A DNA stretch of 64,000 bases from Methanobacteriota archaeon. Lineage in GTDB: Archaea; Thermoplasmatota; E2; DHVEG-1. Position 1 is the first letter of the stretch. Each line of letters opens with the position of its first letter. This document shows, one piece after another, positions 17,897 to 28,406 of this stretch. Position numbers and translations under genes: made by a program. The stretch is from NCBI GenBank assembly GCA_963769885.1, contig CAVYNH010000004.1, forward strand, positions 256,001 to 320,000. The letters run 5' to 3'. The notes below the pieces were generated by a model. The model searched no databases. It was not told where the DNA came from and saw nothing but the letters and a program-made list of their open reading frames with translations.

Positions 17897-18604
17897 ATGG
17901 GAAAGAACCTGATCCAACAACGCCGAGGCCGCCACCGAGGCCGTTTCAACGTCCAATCCCACAAATTCCGCGGAGACATCAAGTACGGTAGCGACAAAGA
18001 AATGCACGGCACTGTGACCGAGATCATCCACGACCCGGGTCGCAGCGCTCCTATCGCCAGACTCCGACTCCCTGACAACAAGACGCTACAGATACTCGCC
18101 ACCGAGGGCATCTCGGTCGGACAAACGATTACGTTCACCAAGAGCCGGGCGGACGTCGAACCCGGCAACATCATGCCCATCGGGGTCGTCCCCGAGGGGT
18201 ACCCTATTTATGATATTGAGATCACCCCCGGCGACGGCGGCAAGCTCGTCCGCGCCGGCGGCAGCAGCGCGTCCATCATCTCCCATGACCCACGCCGCAC
18301 GATCGTCCGGCTGCCCTCCGGACAATTCAAGACCTTAGATTCCATGTGTCGGGCGACCATCGGGGTACCCGCCGGCGGCGGACGTCCCGAGAAGCCGTTC
18401 ATGAAAGCAGGCAAAAAATACTGGGCGCGCCGGCCCAAGGGTAGACAATACCCCATCGTCCGTGGCATCGCCATGAACCCTGTGGACCACCCCCATGGTG
18501 GTGGAAGCCACCAGCACGTCGGCAAACCCAGCTCAGTCTCCCGTGGCGCGCCCCCGGGCCGAAAAGTCGGGAACATAGCGCCTCGCCGGACCGGACGGAG
18601 GTAG
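17897..18604 (+). CDS. rpl2: 50S ribosomal protein L2
   Basis: IIHDPGR, AMNPVDHPHGGG. Confidence 0.97.
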   Translation: MGKNLIQQRRGRHRGRFNVQSHKFRGDIKYGSDKEMHGTVTEIIHDPGRSAPIARLRLPDNKTLQILATEGISVGQTITFTKSRADVEPGNIMPIGVVPEGYPIYDIEITPGDGGKLVRAGGSSASIISHDPRRTIVRLPSGQFKTLDSMCRATIGVPAGGGRPEKPFMKAGKKYWARRPKGRQYPIVRGIAMNPVDHPHGGGSHQHVGKPSSVSRGAPPGRKVGNIAPRRTGRR

Positions 18605-18611
18605 ATGACTC

Positions 18612-19043
18612 ATGGTTGACATGAAACGCCGCAAGGATCGCAAGAAGATCGAAGTCCGGAAAAAGGAATTCCGCTACTACGGGCTGTCTTTGGAGGAGCT
18701 GCAGAAGCTCACTTTGGAGGAGCTGATGCCGCTGCTGCCGTCGCGAATCCGCCGGACATTCAAACGCGGATTGACCTACGAGCAGAACAAACTGCTCGAG
18801 GACATCAAGAACACCCCGCATGATGTGGTCGTCAAAACCCACAGCCGGGACATGCCGATCCTGCCGTCGTTCATCGGCCGCAACATCCAGGTACACAACG
18901 GCAAGGAGTTCGAGCGGATCAACATCCAACCGCAGATGGTCGGCCATTACCTCGGCGAGTTCGCCCTCACCCGCAAGAAGGTGAAGCACACCGGACCAGG
19001 TGTGGGTGCGACGAGAGGATCCAAGTTCATGCCATTGAAGTGA
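18612..19043 (+). CDS. rps19: 30S ribosomal protein S19
   Basis: GHYLGEFALTRK...PGVGATR. Confidence 0.96.
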   Translation: MVDMKRRKDRKKIEVRKKEFRYYGLSLEELQKLTLEELMPLLPSRIRRTFKRGLTYEQNKLLEDIKNTPHDVVVKTHSRDMPILPSFIGRNIQVHNGKEFERINIQPQMVGHYLGEFALTRKKVKHTGPGVGATRGSKFMPLK

Positions 19044-19049
19044 TGAGCC

Positions 19050-19496
19050 ATGCGCAGATATCAACAGGAGTTAAATCCGGAGAAGAGCGCCAAGGCGTTC
19101 GGCTTTGAGCTGCACTGCTCCCCCAAGGATTCCATGAACCTGGCGTACGCGCTGCGTGGGCTGACGCTGGAAGAGGGCAAGAAGTACCTCGAGAACGTCA
19201 TCGCCCTGAAGCAGCCCGTGCCTGCGGTGTACCACAAGCGCAAGATCCACCATCAGAAGGGCGCCGGCCCGGCGAACTTCCCGGAGAAGGCGGCTCGGTA
19301 CATGCTGAAGATCCTGGAGAACGCGGAGAACAACGCGGAGTACAAGGGGTTCACTCCGGAGACCATGCGCATCACTCACATCTCGGCCTACCAAGGCCGG
19401 GTCATCAAGGCGATCATGCCGCGTGCCCATGGCCGCGGGACGGACAGCAACGAGACAACGACTGATGTTGAAATCATCCTCGAAGAGGTAGAATAA
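19050..19496 (+). CDS. rpl22: 50S ribosomal protein L22
   Basis: NAENNAEYKG, PRAHGR. Confidence 0.96.
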   Translation: MRRYQQELNPEKSAKAFGFELHCSPKDSMNLAYALRGLTLEEGKKYLENVIALKQPVPAVYHKRKIHHQKGAGPANFPEKAARYMLKILENAENNAEYKGFTPETMRITHISAYQGRVIKAIMPRAHGRGTDSNETTTDVEIILEEVE

Positions 19497-20468
19497 ATGG
19501 CCAATGAACGCAAGTTTATCAGAGAGAACGCCAAGCGATCCCTCATCAAGCGGTTCCTCATCAAAGAAATCGAAGGTGCCGGCTTCGGCGGGATGAGCAT
19601 CCAGCGGACCCCGATCGGGACCCGCGTGAACATCCTCGTCGAACGTCCCGGCATGGTCATCGGCAAGAGCGGCGCGAAGATCCGGGAGCTGACCGAATCG
19701 ATCCGCGTCAAGTTCAACGTCGATAACCCTCAGATCGAGATCCAGGAGGCGGGGTCGAGCGCATCTCTCAACGCCCAGATCATGGCGGAGAAACTTGCGG
19801 AGGCATTGGAACGCGGCTGGCATTTCCGCCGCGCAGGCCACTCAACCGTCCGGCGCATCATGCAGTCCGGCGCGAAAGGCTGCCAGGTCATCATCTCCGG
19901 CAAGCTCACCGGCGAGCGGCACCGCACCGAGAAGTTCACCGAAGGCCACGTGAAGTACTGCGGTGAGACCGCCAAACAAATCATGGACATCGGCTTCGCA
20001 GTCGCCAAGCTCAAGCCCGGCGTGCTGGGCGTCAAGGTCCGCATCATGCGGCCCGACGCGCGCCTGCCGGACGACATCAAGATCACCATCCCCACGGCGC
20101 CTCCAGCGGCGCCCGCTGCAGCCGCGACTCCGGCGGCACCCGAGGCTCCCGCTCCAGCAGAAACACCAGTCGAGCCTGCCCCCGAGGTCGCTGCCGAACT
20201 CCGACAGCAGGCGGAGGAGAAACCCCCCGTTGAGGCCGAGATGGACGCCGAGAAGAAGACCCCGATCTCGGAGATTACCAAGATCCCCGGCATCGGCCCC
20301 TCCATCGTCAAACGGCTGGAGGCCGCGAAGATCTCCTCGCTGGAGGAACTCATGAGCATGGACCTCGACGACCTGCTCGCGATCGAGGGCATCGGCCAGA
20401 GGACGGCCGAGAATCTCGTCAAACACCTTAAAAAACTCATCGAGGAAGGTGACGTGAATGGTCCTTAA
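19497..20468 (+). CDS. rps3: 30S ribosomal protein S3 with Pro/Ala/Glu linker and C-terminal tandem HhH domain
   Basis: KH domain (RPGMVIGKSG) and S3 core; tail IPGIGP...IEGIGQ. Confidence 0.96.
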   Translation: MANERKFIRENAKRSLIKRFLIKEIEGAGFGGMSIQRTPIGTRVNILVERPGMVIGKSGAKIRELTESIRVKFNVDNPQIEIQEAGSSASLNAQIMAEKLAEALERGWHFRRAGHSTVRRIMQSGAKGCQVIISGKLTGERHRTEKFTEGHVKYCGETAKQIMDIGFAVAKLKPGVLGVKVRIMRPDARLPDDIKITIPTAPPAAPAAAATPAAPEAPAPAETPVEPAPEVAAELRQQAEEKPPVEAEMDAEKKTPISEITKIPGIGPSIVKRLEAAKISSLEELMSMDLDDLLAIEGIGQRTAENLVKHLKKLIEEGDVNGP

Positions 20469-20667
20469 GGCTAAAGAAATCCGCGGCATGTCTGCCGACG
20501 ACCGGCAGAAGAAGCTGCGGGAACTCCGAGAAGACCTGATGCATGAACGCGGGATGTCCGCCATGGGAGGGTCCACCCCGTCCCCCGGTAAGATCCGGCA
20601 GCTCCGGATGACAATCGCACGTATCCTGACGGTCATGCGGGAGGAAGGAGAACTCAAAAATGAGTGA
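20458..20667 (+). CDS. rpl29: 50S ribosomal protein L29
   Basis: PGKIRQLRMTIARILTV. Confidence 0.95.
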   Translation: MVLKAKEIRGMSADDRQKKLRELREDLMHERGMSAMGGSTPSPGKIRQLRMTIARILTVMREEGELKNE

Positions 20668-20959
20668 TATCTGCCCGAAATGCGGTCTCCCCAAGGAGAT
20701 CTGTGTCTGCGAAGAAATCGCCCGTGAACAGCAGAACATCACGATTGCTGTTGACAAGCGGCGATATGGAAAGACGATGACCGTCGTGGACGGCCTCAAC
20801 CCCCACGACCTGGACATGAGCGCGCTGGTCAGTAACCTGAAGTCCATCTGCGCCTGCGGCGGGACCATCAAGGATGGTAAAATCGAGCTGCAGGGCGACC
20901 ACCGGGCCAAGGTGCGGCAGGCGCTCGAGAAGCTCGGCTTCATCGTCGAAGTCCAGTAA
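20660..20959 (+). CDS. sui1: Translation initiation factor aIF1/SUI1
   Basis: CPKCGLP, ACGGT, IELQGDH. Confidence 0.95.
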   Translation: MSDICPKCGLPKEICVCEEIAREQQNITIAVDKRRYGKTMTVVDGLNPHDLDMSALVSNLKSICACGGTIKDGKIELQGDHRAKVRQALEKLGFIVEVQ

Positions 20960-21007
20960 ACATCCAGACCACCAAACTTCCTGCGTGAAGAACCGCCTCG
21001 AGGGATC

Positions 21008-21271
21008 ATGGATCACGACCCCGTCCTATGCGACGAATGGATCGGACGCGCCGTCACCATCGTCGCCTGCACCGACCCGACCTGGGTCGGACGCACCGGG
21101 GTCATCGTCGATGAGACAAAGAACACCTTCCTCATCGACATCGGCGGTGGCCGACGGCGCATCGCCAAACACACCGCGACCTTCCAACTCATGGTCGACA
21201 ACCGAACAATCAACATCAACGGAGCCCTCCTGCGGCATAGGCCGGAGGAGAGAATCAAACGACTAAGGTGA
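21008..21271 (+). CDS. rnp1: RNase P protein component 1 (Rpp29/Pop4)
   Basis: GVIVDETKNT...RPEERIK; canonical operon position. Confidence 0.92.
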   Translation: MDHDPVLCDEWIGRAVTIVACTDPTWVGRTGVIVDETKNTFLIDIGGGRRRIAKHTATFQLMVDNRTININGALLRHRPEERIKRLR

Positions 21272-21612
21272 ACGTCTTGGCAGAAGGAAAACAGCCACGA
21301 GACATAGGCTTAAACGTCAAAGCACCCAGCGAGAGCTGTGCCGACCGGGACTGCCCGTTCCATGGGGTCCTGCCGGTGCGCGGTCAGGTCCTGACCGGGG
21401 TGGTGGTCTCCACGAAACGGCACGGGACCATCGCCGTGCAGCGAGAATTCCAACATTTCATAAAGAAGTACGAACGGTATGAGAAACGGACGTCCATGTA
21501 CCACGCCCACTGCCCCCCCTGCATGAAGATCGGTATCGGGGATCAGGTGCGGATTGCGGAGTGCCGGCCACTCAGTAAGACCGTCTCGTTTGTAGCGGTG
21601 GAAAAACTATAA
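21268..21612 (+). CDS. rps17: 30S ribosomal protein S17
   Basis: CPFHG, KYERYEKR, ECRPLSKT. Confidence 0.96.
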   Translation: MNVLAEGKQPRDIGLNVKAPSESCADRDCPFHGVLPVRGQVLTGVVVSTKRHGTIAVQREFQHFIKKYERYEKRTSMYHAHCPPCMKIGIGDQVRIAECRPLSKTVSFVAVEKL

Positions 21613-21628
21613 ATCAAGGTGAACGGAC

Positions 21629-22027
21629 ATGAAAGGAATCGCGGGAAGAGTCATGCGGGGGCTGCCTGTGGGCGCCCGGATGAATTGCATCGACAACACT
21701 GGTGCGAAGGTCGTGCAGATTATCATGACGCTGAAGACCAAGGGTGTGCACCGGCGTACGCCGTCGGCGGGCGTCGGCGATATGGTCATCGTGAGCGTCA
21801 AGAAGGGCGCGACCGACATGAAACGTCAGATTCTCAAGGCCGTGATTGTCCGGCAGCGTCGGCCGTACCGTCGACCGGATGGGCTGATGGTCCAGTTCGA
21901 GGATAATGCCGCGGTGCTCATGACGGATACTGGTGAGACGAAGGGGACCATGATCAAGGGTCCTGTTGCGGTAGAAGCCGCGGAACGCTGGCCAAAGATT
22001 GCCGCATTGGCGGCGACCATCCTGTAA
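21629..22027 (+). CDS. rpl14: 50S ribosomal protein L14
   Basis: DNTGAK, FEDNAAV, IKGPVA. Confidence 0.96.
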   Translation: MKGIAGRVMRGLPVGARMNCIDNTGAKVVQIIMTLKTKGVHRRTPSAGVGDMVIVSVKKGATDMKRQILKAVIVRQRRPYRRPDGLMVQFEDNAAVLMTDTGETKGTMIKGPVAVEAAERWPKIAALAATIL

Positions 22028-22044
22028 GTTCGAGTTGAAGTCCT

Positions 22045-22728
22045 ATGACGACGATTAAAGCACGCAAACAACGATTGCAGCTGTATAATGCGCCGATCCA
22101 CCGGAAGCGGAAGTGGATCTCCTCGCATTTGACGGAGAACCTGCTGTTGAAGTACGACCGGCGTAGCGTCCCGGTCATCAAGGGTGACACCGTGAAGGTC
22201 ATGCGCGGCAGCTACAAGGGCCATGAAGATAAGGTGGCACAGGTCAACGTCCGTGACATGACGGTCAACGTCGAAGGCGTCATCGTCTCCAAGGCGAAGG
22301 GCGACAAGGTGGCGAAACCACTACCCGCCAGTAACCTGATGATTACCAAGCTGAATCTGACAGATAAATGGCGACGCCGGAAGCTGGAGTCCAAGCTGTC
22401 TGAGGCCGCGAAGAAGGAAGTCGAAAAAGAGGCCGAGGAGCAGATTAAGGCCCGCGAAGAAGAGCTCAAGGCCGCGGAACGTGCGAAGGAAGAAGCGGAG
22501 CGTGCCGCCAAGGCCGTCGAAGAGGCGGAAGAAGCCCCCACTGAGACTCCTGTTGAAGAGCCGGCCCCAGAGGCGGCTGAGGAAGAGGCCGCGCCGACCG
22601 CCGGGCCGGGAACACCCGCTGAGCCGACGCCGGCTGCTGAGAAGCCTGCCAAGGAGGAAGGCGAGGCGAAGAAGGTACCCGCGAAGAAGCCGACTCCCAA
22701 GCCGAAGAAAGAGGAGGGTGAAGCATGA
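22045..22728 (+). CDS. rpl24: 50S ribosomal protein L24 with long Glu/Ala/Pro/Lys C-terminal extension
   Basis: KGDTVKVMRG KOW motif; about 110-aa low-complexity tail. Confidence 0.95.
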   Translation: MTTIKARKQRLQLYNAPIHRKRKWISSHLTENLLLKYDRRSVPVIKGDTVKVMRGSYKGHEDKVAQVNVRDMTVNVEGVIVSKAKGDKVAKPLPASNLMITKLNLTDKWRRRKLESKLSEAAKKEVEKEAEEQIKAREEELKAAERAKEEAERAAKAVEEAEEAPTETPVEEPAPEAAEEEAAPTAGPGTPAEPTPAAEKPAKEEGEAKKVPAKKPTPKPKKEEGEA

Positions 22729-23441
22729 GCAAGCACCTGAAACGCTTAGCAGCACCTCGTGTGCTGAAGATTCCCCGAAAGGAGAAGCCGTGGATGATCC
22801 GGCCGTCCCCCGGGCCGCATCCCTTAGAGTATTCCATTCCCTTCGGCATCATCGTCCGAGACTACCTGCACCTCTGCGACTCATACAAGGAGGCGCGACG
22901 AATCATCTCCAACGGAGACGTCCTCGTTGATGGGCGGCCGCGCAAGGAGCACCAGTACCCCTGCGGGCTGATGGATGTCGTCTCGATTCCCAAGATGCAG
23001 CGCAATTTCCGGATCCTCTATGACCGCAAGGGCCGACTCGTCCTGGCGCCGATCGATGAGATCGACGCGGGCTGGAAGCTGTGCCGGATCACCAACAAGA
23101 CGACGGTGCATGGCCGGCGGACCCAGTTGAACTTCCATGACGGCCACAACATGCTCGTCGACAAGGACGAGTTCAAGACCGGCGATGTCCTGAAGATCAT
23201 GTTCAAAGACAACGCCATCGGTGAGGTCTACAAGTTCGACAAGGGGACCGTGTCCCTGATCACCGGCGGCAGCCACGTGGGCGAAATCGCCAACATCGAG
23301 GACATCCAGATCGTGCCGTCATCAAAGCCGAACCTCGCGAAGATGAAGGGCGAGGTGGAGTTCTCCACCATCGTCGACTACGTATTCCCTATTGGCAAGA
23401 CCAAACCCGGCATCACACTGCCTGAGGTGACCATCGCATGA
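22725..23441 (+). CDS. rps4e: 30S ribosomal protein S4e
   Basis: HLKRLAAP, PGPH, GLMDV. Confidence 0.96.
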   Translation: MSKHLKRLAAPRVLKIPRKEKPWMIRPSPGPHPLEYSIPFGIIVRDYLHLCDSYKEARRIISNGDVLVDGRPRKEHQYPCGLMDVVSIPKMQRNFRILYDRKGRLVLAPIDEIDAGWKLCRITNKTTVHGRRTQLNFHDGHNMLVDKDEFKTGDVLKIMFKDNAIGEVYKFDKGTVSLITGGSHVGEIANIEDIQIVPSSKPNLAKMKGEVEFSTIVDYVFPIGKTKPGITLPEVTIA

Positions 23442-23992
23442 GCCCAGAGCATCACAAGAAAAAGAAGAAATCCATCGTGCCGCAGAACCCGATCCGCGAG
23501 CCGCGCATCGCCAAGATCACGGTGAACATCGGGGTCGGCGAGGCCGGCGAGAAGCTCAAGAAAGCGGAGTCCGTGCTGCAGGGCGTCACCGGGCAGAAGC
23601 CGGTGCAGACACTGTCGAAGTCTACGATCAAGGACTGGGGCATCCGCAAGCTGATGCCGCTCGGCTGCAAGGTCACCTTGCGCAACAAGACCGCGGAGAA
23701 ATTCCTCATCGCGGCCTTCAAGATCCGGGAGAACCGGCTCGCCGCGTACTCCATCGACGACCAGGGGAACTTCTCCTTCGGCATCCCCGACCACACCCTC
23801 TTCGAAGGCCAGAAGTACGACCCTAACGTCGGCATCTTTGGCATGGACATCTGCGTCAGCATGAAACGCGCCGGGTACCGCATTAAAGACCGCCGCGTCA
23901 ACCGACGCAAGATCCCCTCCCGCAACGCGATCCCCGTCGAGGACACCGCTAAGTTCCTCGTTGACAAGTTCAAAGTCGAGGTGGTCGAATGA
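23438..23992 (+). CDS. rpl5: 50S ribosomal protein L5
   Basis: VNIGVGE, GCKVTLR, GNFSFGI. Confidence 0.96.
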   Translation: MSPEHHKKKKKSIVPQNPIREPRIAKITVNIGVGEAGEKLKKAESVLQGVTGQKPVQTLSKSTIKDWGIRKLMPLGCKVTLRNKTAEKFLIAAFKIRENRLAAYSIDDQGNFSFGIPDHTLFEGQKYDPNVGIFGMDICVSMKRAGYRIKDRRVNRRKIPSRNAIPVEDTAKFLVDKFKVEVVE

Positions 23993-24144
23993 GGATCAAA
24001 GAACGAAAGAAGGTCTACGGTCGCAAGGTCGGCTGCGAGCAATGTGGCAGGAAACGCGGACTCATCCGCCGCTTCGGCCTGCACCTCTGCCGACAGTGCT
24101 TCCGGGACCGAGCCGAAGAAATCGGATTCAAAAAATACGACTAA
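23989..24144 (+). CDS. rps14: 30S ribosomal protein S14 (zinc-binding, 51 aa)
   Basis: Manual translation: [51 protein letters not shown]. Confidence 0.95.
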   Translation: MRIKERKKVYGRKVGCEQCGRKRGLIRRFGLHLCRQCFRDRAEEIGFKKYD

Positions 24145-24162
24145 GAGGGAGACGAAGAAACC

Positions 24163-24552
24163 ATGTTAAACAACCCACTGGCCGACGCCCTCTCTACCAT
24201 CAAGAACGCAGAGCTGCGAGGCATGGAGAACTGCATGATTCAGCCCTCCTCCAAGCTCATCGGCGGTATCCTCACCCTGCTCAAAGAGAAAGGCTTCGTC
24301 GGCAACTTCGAATTCATCGACGACGGCAAATCCGGCCTATTCAAAGTCGACCTTATCGGCAACATCAACAACTGCGGGGTCATCAAACCCCGATACCCCA
24401 TCAAACTGCGCGAAATGGAGAAATGGGAGGCCCGCTACCTGCCCGCCCGCGACTTCGGCGTCCTCATCCTTACCACCACCGAGGGCGTCATTAGCCACGA
24501 CGAGGCACGCAAGAAAGGCATCGGCGGCAAACTCCTCGCCTACGTGTATTAA
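24163..24552 (+). CDS. rps8: 30S ribosomal protein S8
   Basis: INNCGVIKPR, GGKLLAYVY. Confidence 0.96.
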   Translation: MLNNPLADALSTIKNAELRGMENCMIQPSSKLIGGILTLLKEKGFVGNFEFIDDGKSGLFKVDLIGNINNCGVIKPRYPIKLREMEKWEARYLPARDFGVLILTTTEGVISHDEARKKGIGGKLLAYVY

Positions 24553-24567
24553 GGGAGGTCATCCAGA

Positions 24568-25107
24568 ATGGCAGACACACCTATCACCAAAGAAGAAGTC
24601 AAGGTCCCCTCCGGCGTTACGGTCACCAAGACCGGCACCATCCTGGAGGTTAAAGGCCCCAAGGGCACGCTCTCTAAAGACTTCCCCAACCCCCTCATGC
24701 AGGTCACCATCACCAGCGATTTTATCGAGATCGTCTGCACCAGCGTCGCCCATAAGGCCGAAAAAGCACTCATAGGCACCTACAAGGCCCACCTCCGCAA
24801 CATGATCAAAGGCGTCACCACCGGCTACCAGTACACCATGAAGACCGTCTACAGCCACTTCCCCATCAAGACCAGCGTCGAAGGCGACCAGTTCGTCATC
24901 CAAAACTTCCTCGGCGAACGCTTCCCCCGCAAAGCCCAGATCCTCCCCGGCGTCAAAGTCGACGTCAAAGGAGACGCCATCACCATCTCCGGAATAGACA
25001 AAGAGACAGTCGGACAGACCACGGCCAACATCGAACGCGCCACCCGCGTCCGCAACCGCGACATTCGCGTCTTCCAAGACGGCGTCTACACCGTCACACG
25101 GAGCTAA
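24568..25107 (+). CDS. rpl6: 50S ribosomal protein L6
   Basis: YSHFPI, NFLGER, DIRVFQDGVY. Confidence 0.96.
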   Translation: MADTPITKEEVKVPSGVTVTKTGTILEVKGPKGTLSKDFPNPLMQVTITSDFIEIVCTSVAHKAEKALIGTYKAHLRNMIKGVTTGYQYTMKTVYSHFPIKTSVEGDQFVIQNFLGERFPRKAQILPGVKVDVKGDAITISGIDKETVGQTTANIERATRVRNRDIRVFQDGVYTVTRS

Positions 25108-25111
25108 AACC

Positions 25112-25831
25112 ATGGCAACCAAAGCAAACGTCCTCAAAGAATTCCAAACCCTCAAGGGCATCGGCAAAACCAAGGCCGAAAACCTCTACAACCACGGCTA
25201 CACCAGCATGGAGAAGCTCCGAAAGGCCTCCAAGGCAGACCTCGCCAAAGTCAAAGGCATGACAACCAAAACCGCCGGCGAGCTCCACGCCATACTCCAC
25301 GAGAAGAAACCGGCGAAAAAGCCCGCGAAGAAACCAGAAGAAAAACCCGAAGAAGGAGCACCCAAGAAAAAACCAACCCCAGAGACCGCCGGCACCAAAA
25401 TTGTCGAACCCGGCGAGAAAACCTACACCCCAAAAATAAAACCCATGCTCACCCCCAACGAACAACGCCAACTCACCATCCGCCGACAGATCAAAGACCG
25501 CACCCCCTACTTCCTCCGAGCCGAAGGCTTCCGCTACAAACGCATCCCGAAAAACTGGCGCCGACCAACCGGATACACCGGCAAACTCCGCATCAACCTC
25601 GGCTACCGACCCAGCAAAGTCCGCGTCGGCTTCAGCGGCCCACGCGACGTTCGTGGCCGCCACTCCTCCGGCTTCCAAGAGGTCCCCGTCAACACCGTCA
25701 AAGACCTTGACGCCATCGACCCCAAGACCCAGGCTGCACGCATCGGCAGCACCGTCGGCACCAAAAAACGCCTGCTAATCGCCAAACGCGCCGACGAACT
25801 CAAAATCAGACTCCTCAACTTCAAGAGGTAA
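25112..25831 (+). CDS. rpl32e: 50S ribosomal protein L32e with N-terminal HhH domain
   Basis: LKGIGKTKAE HhH; WRRPTG...RGRHSSG L32e core. Confidence 0.95.
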   Translation: MATKANVLKEFQTLKGIGKTKAENLYNHGYTSMEKLRKASKADLAKVKGMTTKTAGELHAILHEKKPAKKPAKKPEEKPEEGAPKKKPTPETAGTKIVEPGEKTYTPKIKPMLTPNEQRQLTIRRQIKDRTPYFLRAEGFRYKRIPKNWRRPTGYTGKLRINLGYRPSKVRVGFSGPRDVRGRHSSGFQEVPVNTVKDLDAIDPKTQAARIGSTVGTKKRLLIAKRADELKIRLLNFKR

Positions 25832-25837
25832 GGCACC

Positions 25838-26302
25838 ATGACCGACCTACGAAACCAACGCCGCATGGCCGCAGACCTACTCAAATGCGGCGAGAACCGC
25901 GTCTGGATGGACCCCGACCGCCTCGAAGAAATCGCCAAGGCCGTCACCCGCGGCGACGTCGCCATCCTCATCAACGGCGGCGCCATCACCAGCAAACAGA
26001 CCCACGGCATCTCCAACGCCCGCAAAAAATACAACCAGGCGCAACGCCGCAAAGGACGACGCACCGGCCAGGGCAGCCGCAAAGGCTCCAAACACGCCCG
26101 GCTCCCCCGCAAGGACCAATGGATCCGCACCATCCGACCCATCCGTGCCTACCTCAGACAACTCCGCGACGACAAGATTCTCGACGCCCACCGCTACCGC
26201 GACTACTATAAGAAAGCCAAGGGCGGCACCTTCCGCAACAAACAACACCTCAAAACACACCTCCAATCTGACGGCATTCAACTCAAGGAGGAAAAACAAT
26301 GA
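25838..26302 (+). CDS. rpl19e: 50S ribosomal protein L19e
   Basis: QRRMAA...RVWMDP, GSRKG. Confidence 0.96.
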   Translation: MTDLRNQRRMAADLLKCGENRVWMDPDRLEEIAKAVTRGDVAILINGGAITSKQTHGISNARKKYNQAQRRKGRRTGQGSRKGSKHARLPRKDQWIRTIRPIRAYLRQLRDDKILDAHRYRDYYKKAKGGTFRNKQHLKTHLQSDGIQLKEEKQ

Positions 26303-26808
26303 AACCAGGGCCACGCTATCACGTCAAACCGCGCCGGCACCGCCAGCGCAAGACCGACTACCACCGCAGACTCCGCCTCCTCCGCTCCAAGAAGACCCGA
26401 ATCGTCGTCCGATGGTCCCTGCAGAACATCCGCGTCCAGTTCATTGACTTCACCGAGCAAGGCGACGCCGTGGTCGCTTCGGCCATCAGCAGCGAGCTGA
26501 AAGGCACCTACCAGTGGAAATACTCCGCTGATTCTACCCCTGCCGCGTACCTCACCGGCCTGCTCGCCGGCGTACGTGCCAAGAAGAATGGCGTTGAGGA
26601 AGGAATTCTTGACATCGGGCTTTATCATCCGACTAAGGGGAGTCGCGTCTTCGCCGCCCTCAAAGGCGTCCTGGACGCCGGCGTCGTCTGCCCCCATGAC
26701 GAGGAGATGCTGCCGGGCAAAGACCGGCTGGTCGGCGCGCACCTCACCAAGGACATGAAGCCGCTCATTGATGACATTCATAAGAAAATCACAGGAGGCA
26801 ATATCTAA
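26299..26808 (+). CDS. rpl18: 50S ribosomal protein L18
   Basis: [22 protein letters not shown]. Confidence 0.96.
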   Translation: MKPGPRYHVKPRRHRQRKTDYHRRLRLLRSKKTRIVVRWSLQNIRVQFIDFTEQGDAVVASAISSELKGTYQWKYSADSTPAAYLTGLLAGVRAKKNGVEEGILDIGLYHPTKGSRVFAALKGVLDAGVVCPHDEEMLPGKDRLVGAHLTKDMKPLIDDIHKKITGGNI

Positions 26809-27626
26809 TGCCAGGACCTCAACGTGGCGGCCCCCGGGGCCGCGGCGGAGGCGGGGATCGTGGGAGACCACGCCGCCGACGTCAGTTCGACGATGAAGAG
26901 AAGACACCCTTGATGTGGCAGCCAAAGACTCGGCTCGGCCGCATGGTCAAGATCGGTGAAATCACCACCATGAGTGATGCGCTCAAGACCGGGCTGCCGC
27001 TCCGCGAGCCTGAGGTCGTGGACATCCTTCTGCCCGATGTCGTTGACGAGGTCATCGACGTGAAAATGGTGCAGCGGATGACTGACTCCGGCAGGCGTGT
27101 GAAGTTCGTGATTACGGTCGCCGTCGGGAACAGCAATGGCTTCGTGGGCCTCGGTCAGGCGAAGGGTAAGGAAGTCGGTATGAGCATCAAGCGGGCGATC
27201 GAGAATGCGAAGCTGAACATCATCGAGATCCGCCGTGGCTGCGGGTCCTGGGAGTGCCGCTGTGGCACCCCGCATACCATCCCGTTCCAGGTGACCGGGA
27301 AGAGCGGATCCGTGGAGGTCACGTTCAAGCCGGCGCCGCGCGGCATCGGGCTTGCTACCGGTGATGTGGCGAAAAAGATCCTTAAGCTGGCCGGCGTTGC
27401 GGACTGTTGGGGGTTTACGGAGGGCAAGACCAAGACGGTGGTCAATTACGCCAAGGCCGTGTATGATGCGCTGATGAAGAACGCGGAGACACGTATCACG
27501 TCGTCTGAGATTACCAAGTTGGGCATCCTGCAGGGCAGTATCACTGCGGCGCCTCCTGCGCCGATGGCGGCTCCGGCTGACGCGTCGGGGCCTGGTCCTG
27601 CGCCTGTTGCGCAACCGGAGGGCTAA
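26808..27626 (+). CDS. rps5: 30S ribosomal protein S5
   Basis: [24 protein letters not shown]. Confidence 0.96.
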   Translation: MPGPQRGGPRGRGGGGDRGRPRRRRQFDDEEKTPLMWQPKTRLGRMVKIGEITTMSDALKTGLPLREPEVVDILLPDVVDEVIDVKMVQRMTDSGRRVKFVITVAVGNSNGFVGLGQAKGKEVGMSIKRAIENAKLNIIEIRRGCGSWECRCGTPHTIPFQVTGKSGSVEVTFKPAPRGIGLATGDVAKKILKLAGVADCWGFTEGKTKTVVNYAKAVYDALMKNAETRITSSEITKLGILQGSITAAPPAPMAAPADASGPGPAPVAQPEG

Positions 27627-27629
27627 GTC

Positions 27630-28091
27630 ATGTTCGCCGTTGTTCGAGTGCGGGGGACGGTCAACGTTAACCCCGATGTGAAGCGCACGCTGCAGCTGTT
27701 GCGGCTCTCGCGGACCAATCACTGCGTCTTGGTCGAGGAGAACCCGGTATCGAAGGGTATGTTGCAGATTGTGAAGGATTACGTGACCTGGGGGGAGATT
27801 GATAAGGAGACCCTTGTGGCGTTAATCAAGAAGCGCGGGATGTTGATGGGTGATGCGCCGGTCACGGATGATTCCCTAAAGACGTCAACGCCGTTTTCGA
27901 CCGTGGAGAAGCTGGCGGAGGCGCTGCTTGCCAAGAAGTTCGTGTATCGTGATATCCCTGAGGTCAAGCCACTGTTCCGGTTGAATCCTCCGAAGCAGGG
28001 GTATCGGACGGTGAAGCGGTCGTTCCAGAACAAGGGCTCGCTTGGGTACCGTAAGGACGCGATCAACAAGTTAATCCAACGCATGTTATAA
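27630..28091 (+). CDS. rpl30: 50S ribosomal protein L30
   Basis: AVVRVRG, DYVTWGE, FRLNPP. Confidence 0.96.
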   Translation: MFAVVRVRGTVNVNPDVKRTLQLLRLSRTNHCVLVEENPVSKGMLQIVKDYVTWGEIDKETLVALIKKRGMLMGDAPVTDDSLKTSTPFSTVEKLAEALLAKKFVYRDIPEVKPLFRLNPPKQGYRTVKRSFQNKGSLGYRKDAINKLIQRML

Positions 28092-28184
28092 TTTCTTTTT
28101 CGGCGTGCGCCGATTTTTTTTCTTTTTTTCCACAACATTCTTATAGTGAGTCTATTTATCGGGTTTTGAGAGAAAGAGGGTGTA

Positions 28185-28406
28185 TTGGTTATGGAGGAAG
28201 TGCTCTACAATATAGAGATCCACAAGAATGAGGGAAGTTATTTAGGGAAGATTTATTCGGATATTGATGGGGTCAAGGAGTTTGAGAACAACCGGATTGA
28301 CCGGCTGTTGCGGGATATTATTGTGGATATGCAGTTGGCATTGGATGATGAGTTTACGACGCGGGCGACGCTGGAGCCGCCGGAGTTCATTGACGAGTTG
28401 AAGTAG
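28185..28406 (+). CDS. Small acidic hypothetical protein
   Basis: 73-aa ORF with GAGG SD filling the rpl30-rpoK gap. Confidence 0.6.
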   Translation: MVMEEVLYNIEIHKNEGSYLGKIYSDIDGVKEFENNRIDRLLRDIIVDMQLALDDEFTTRATLEPPEFIDELK

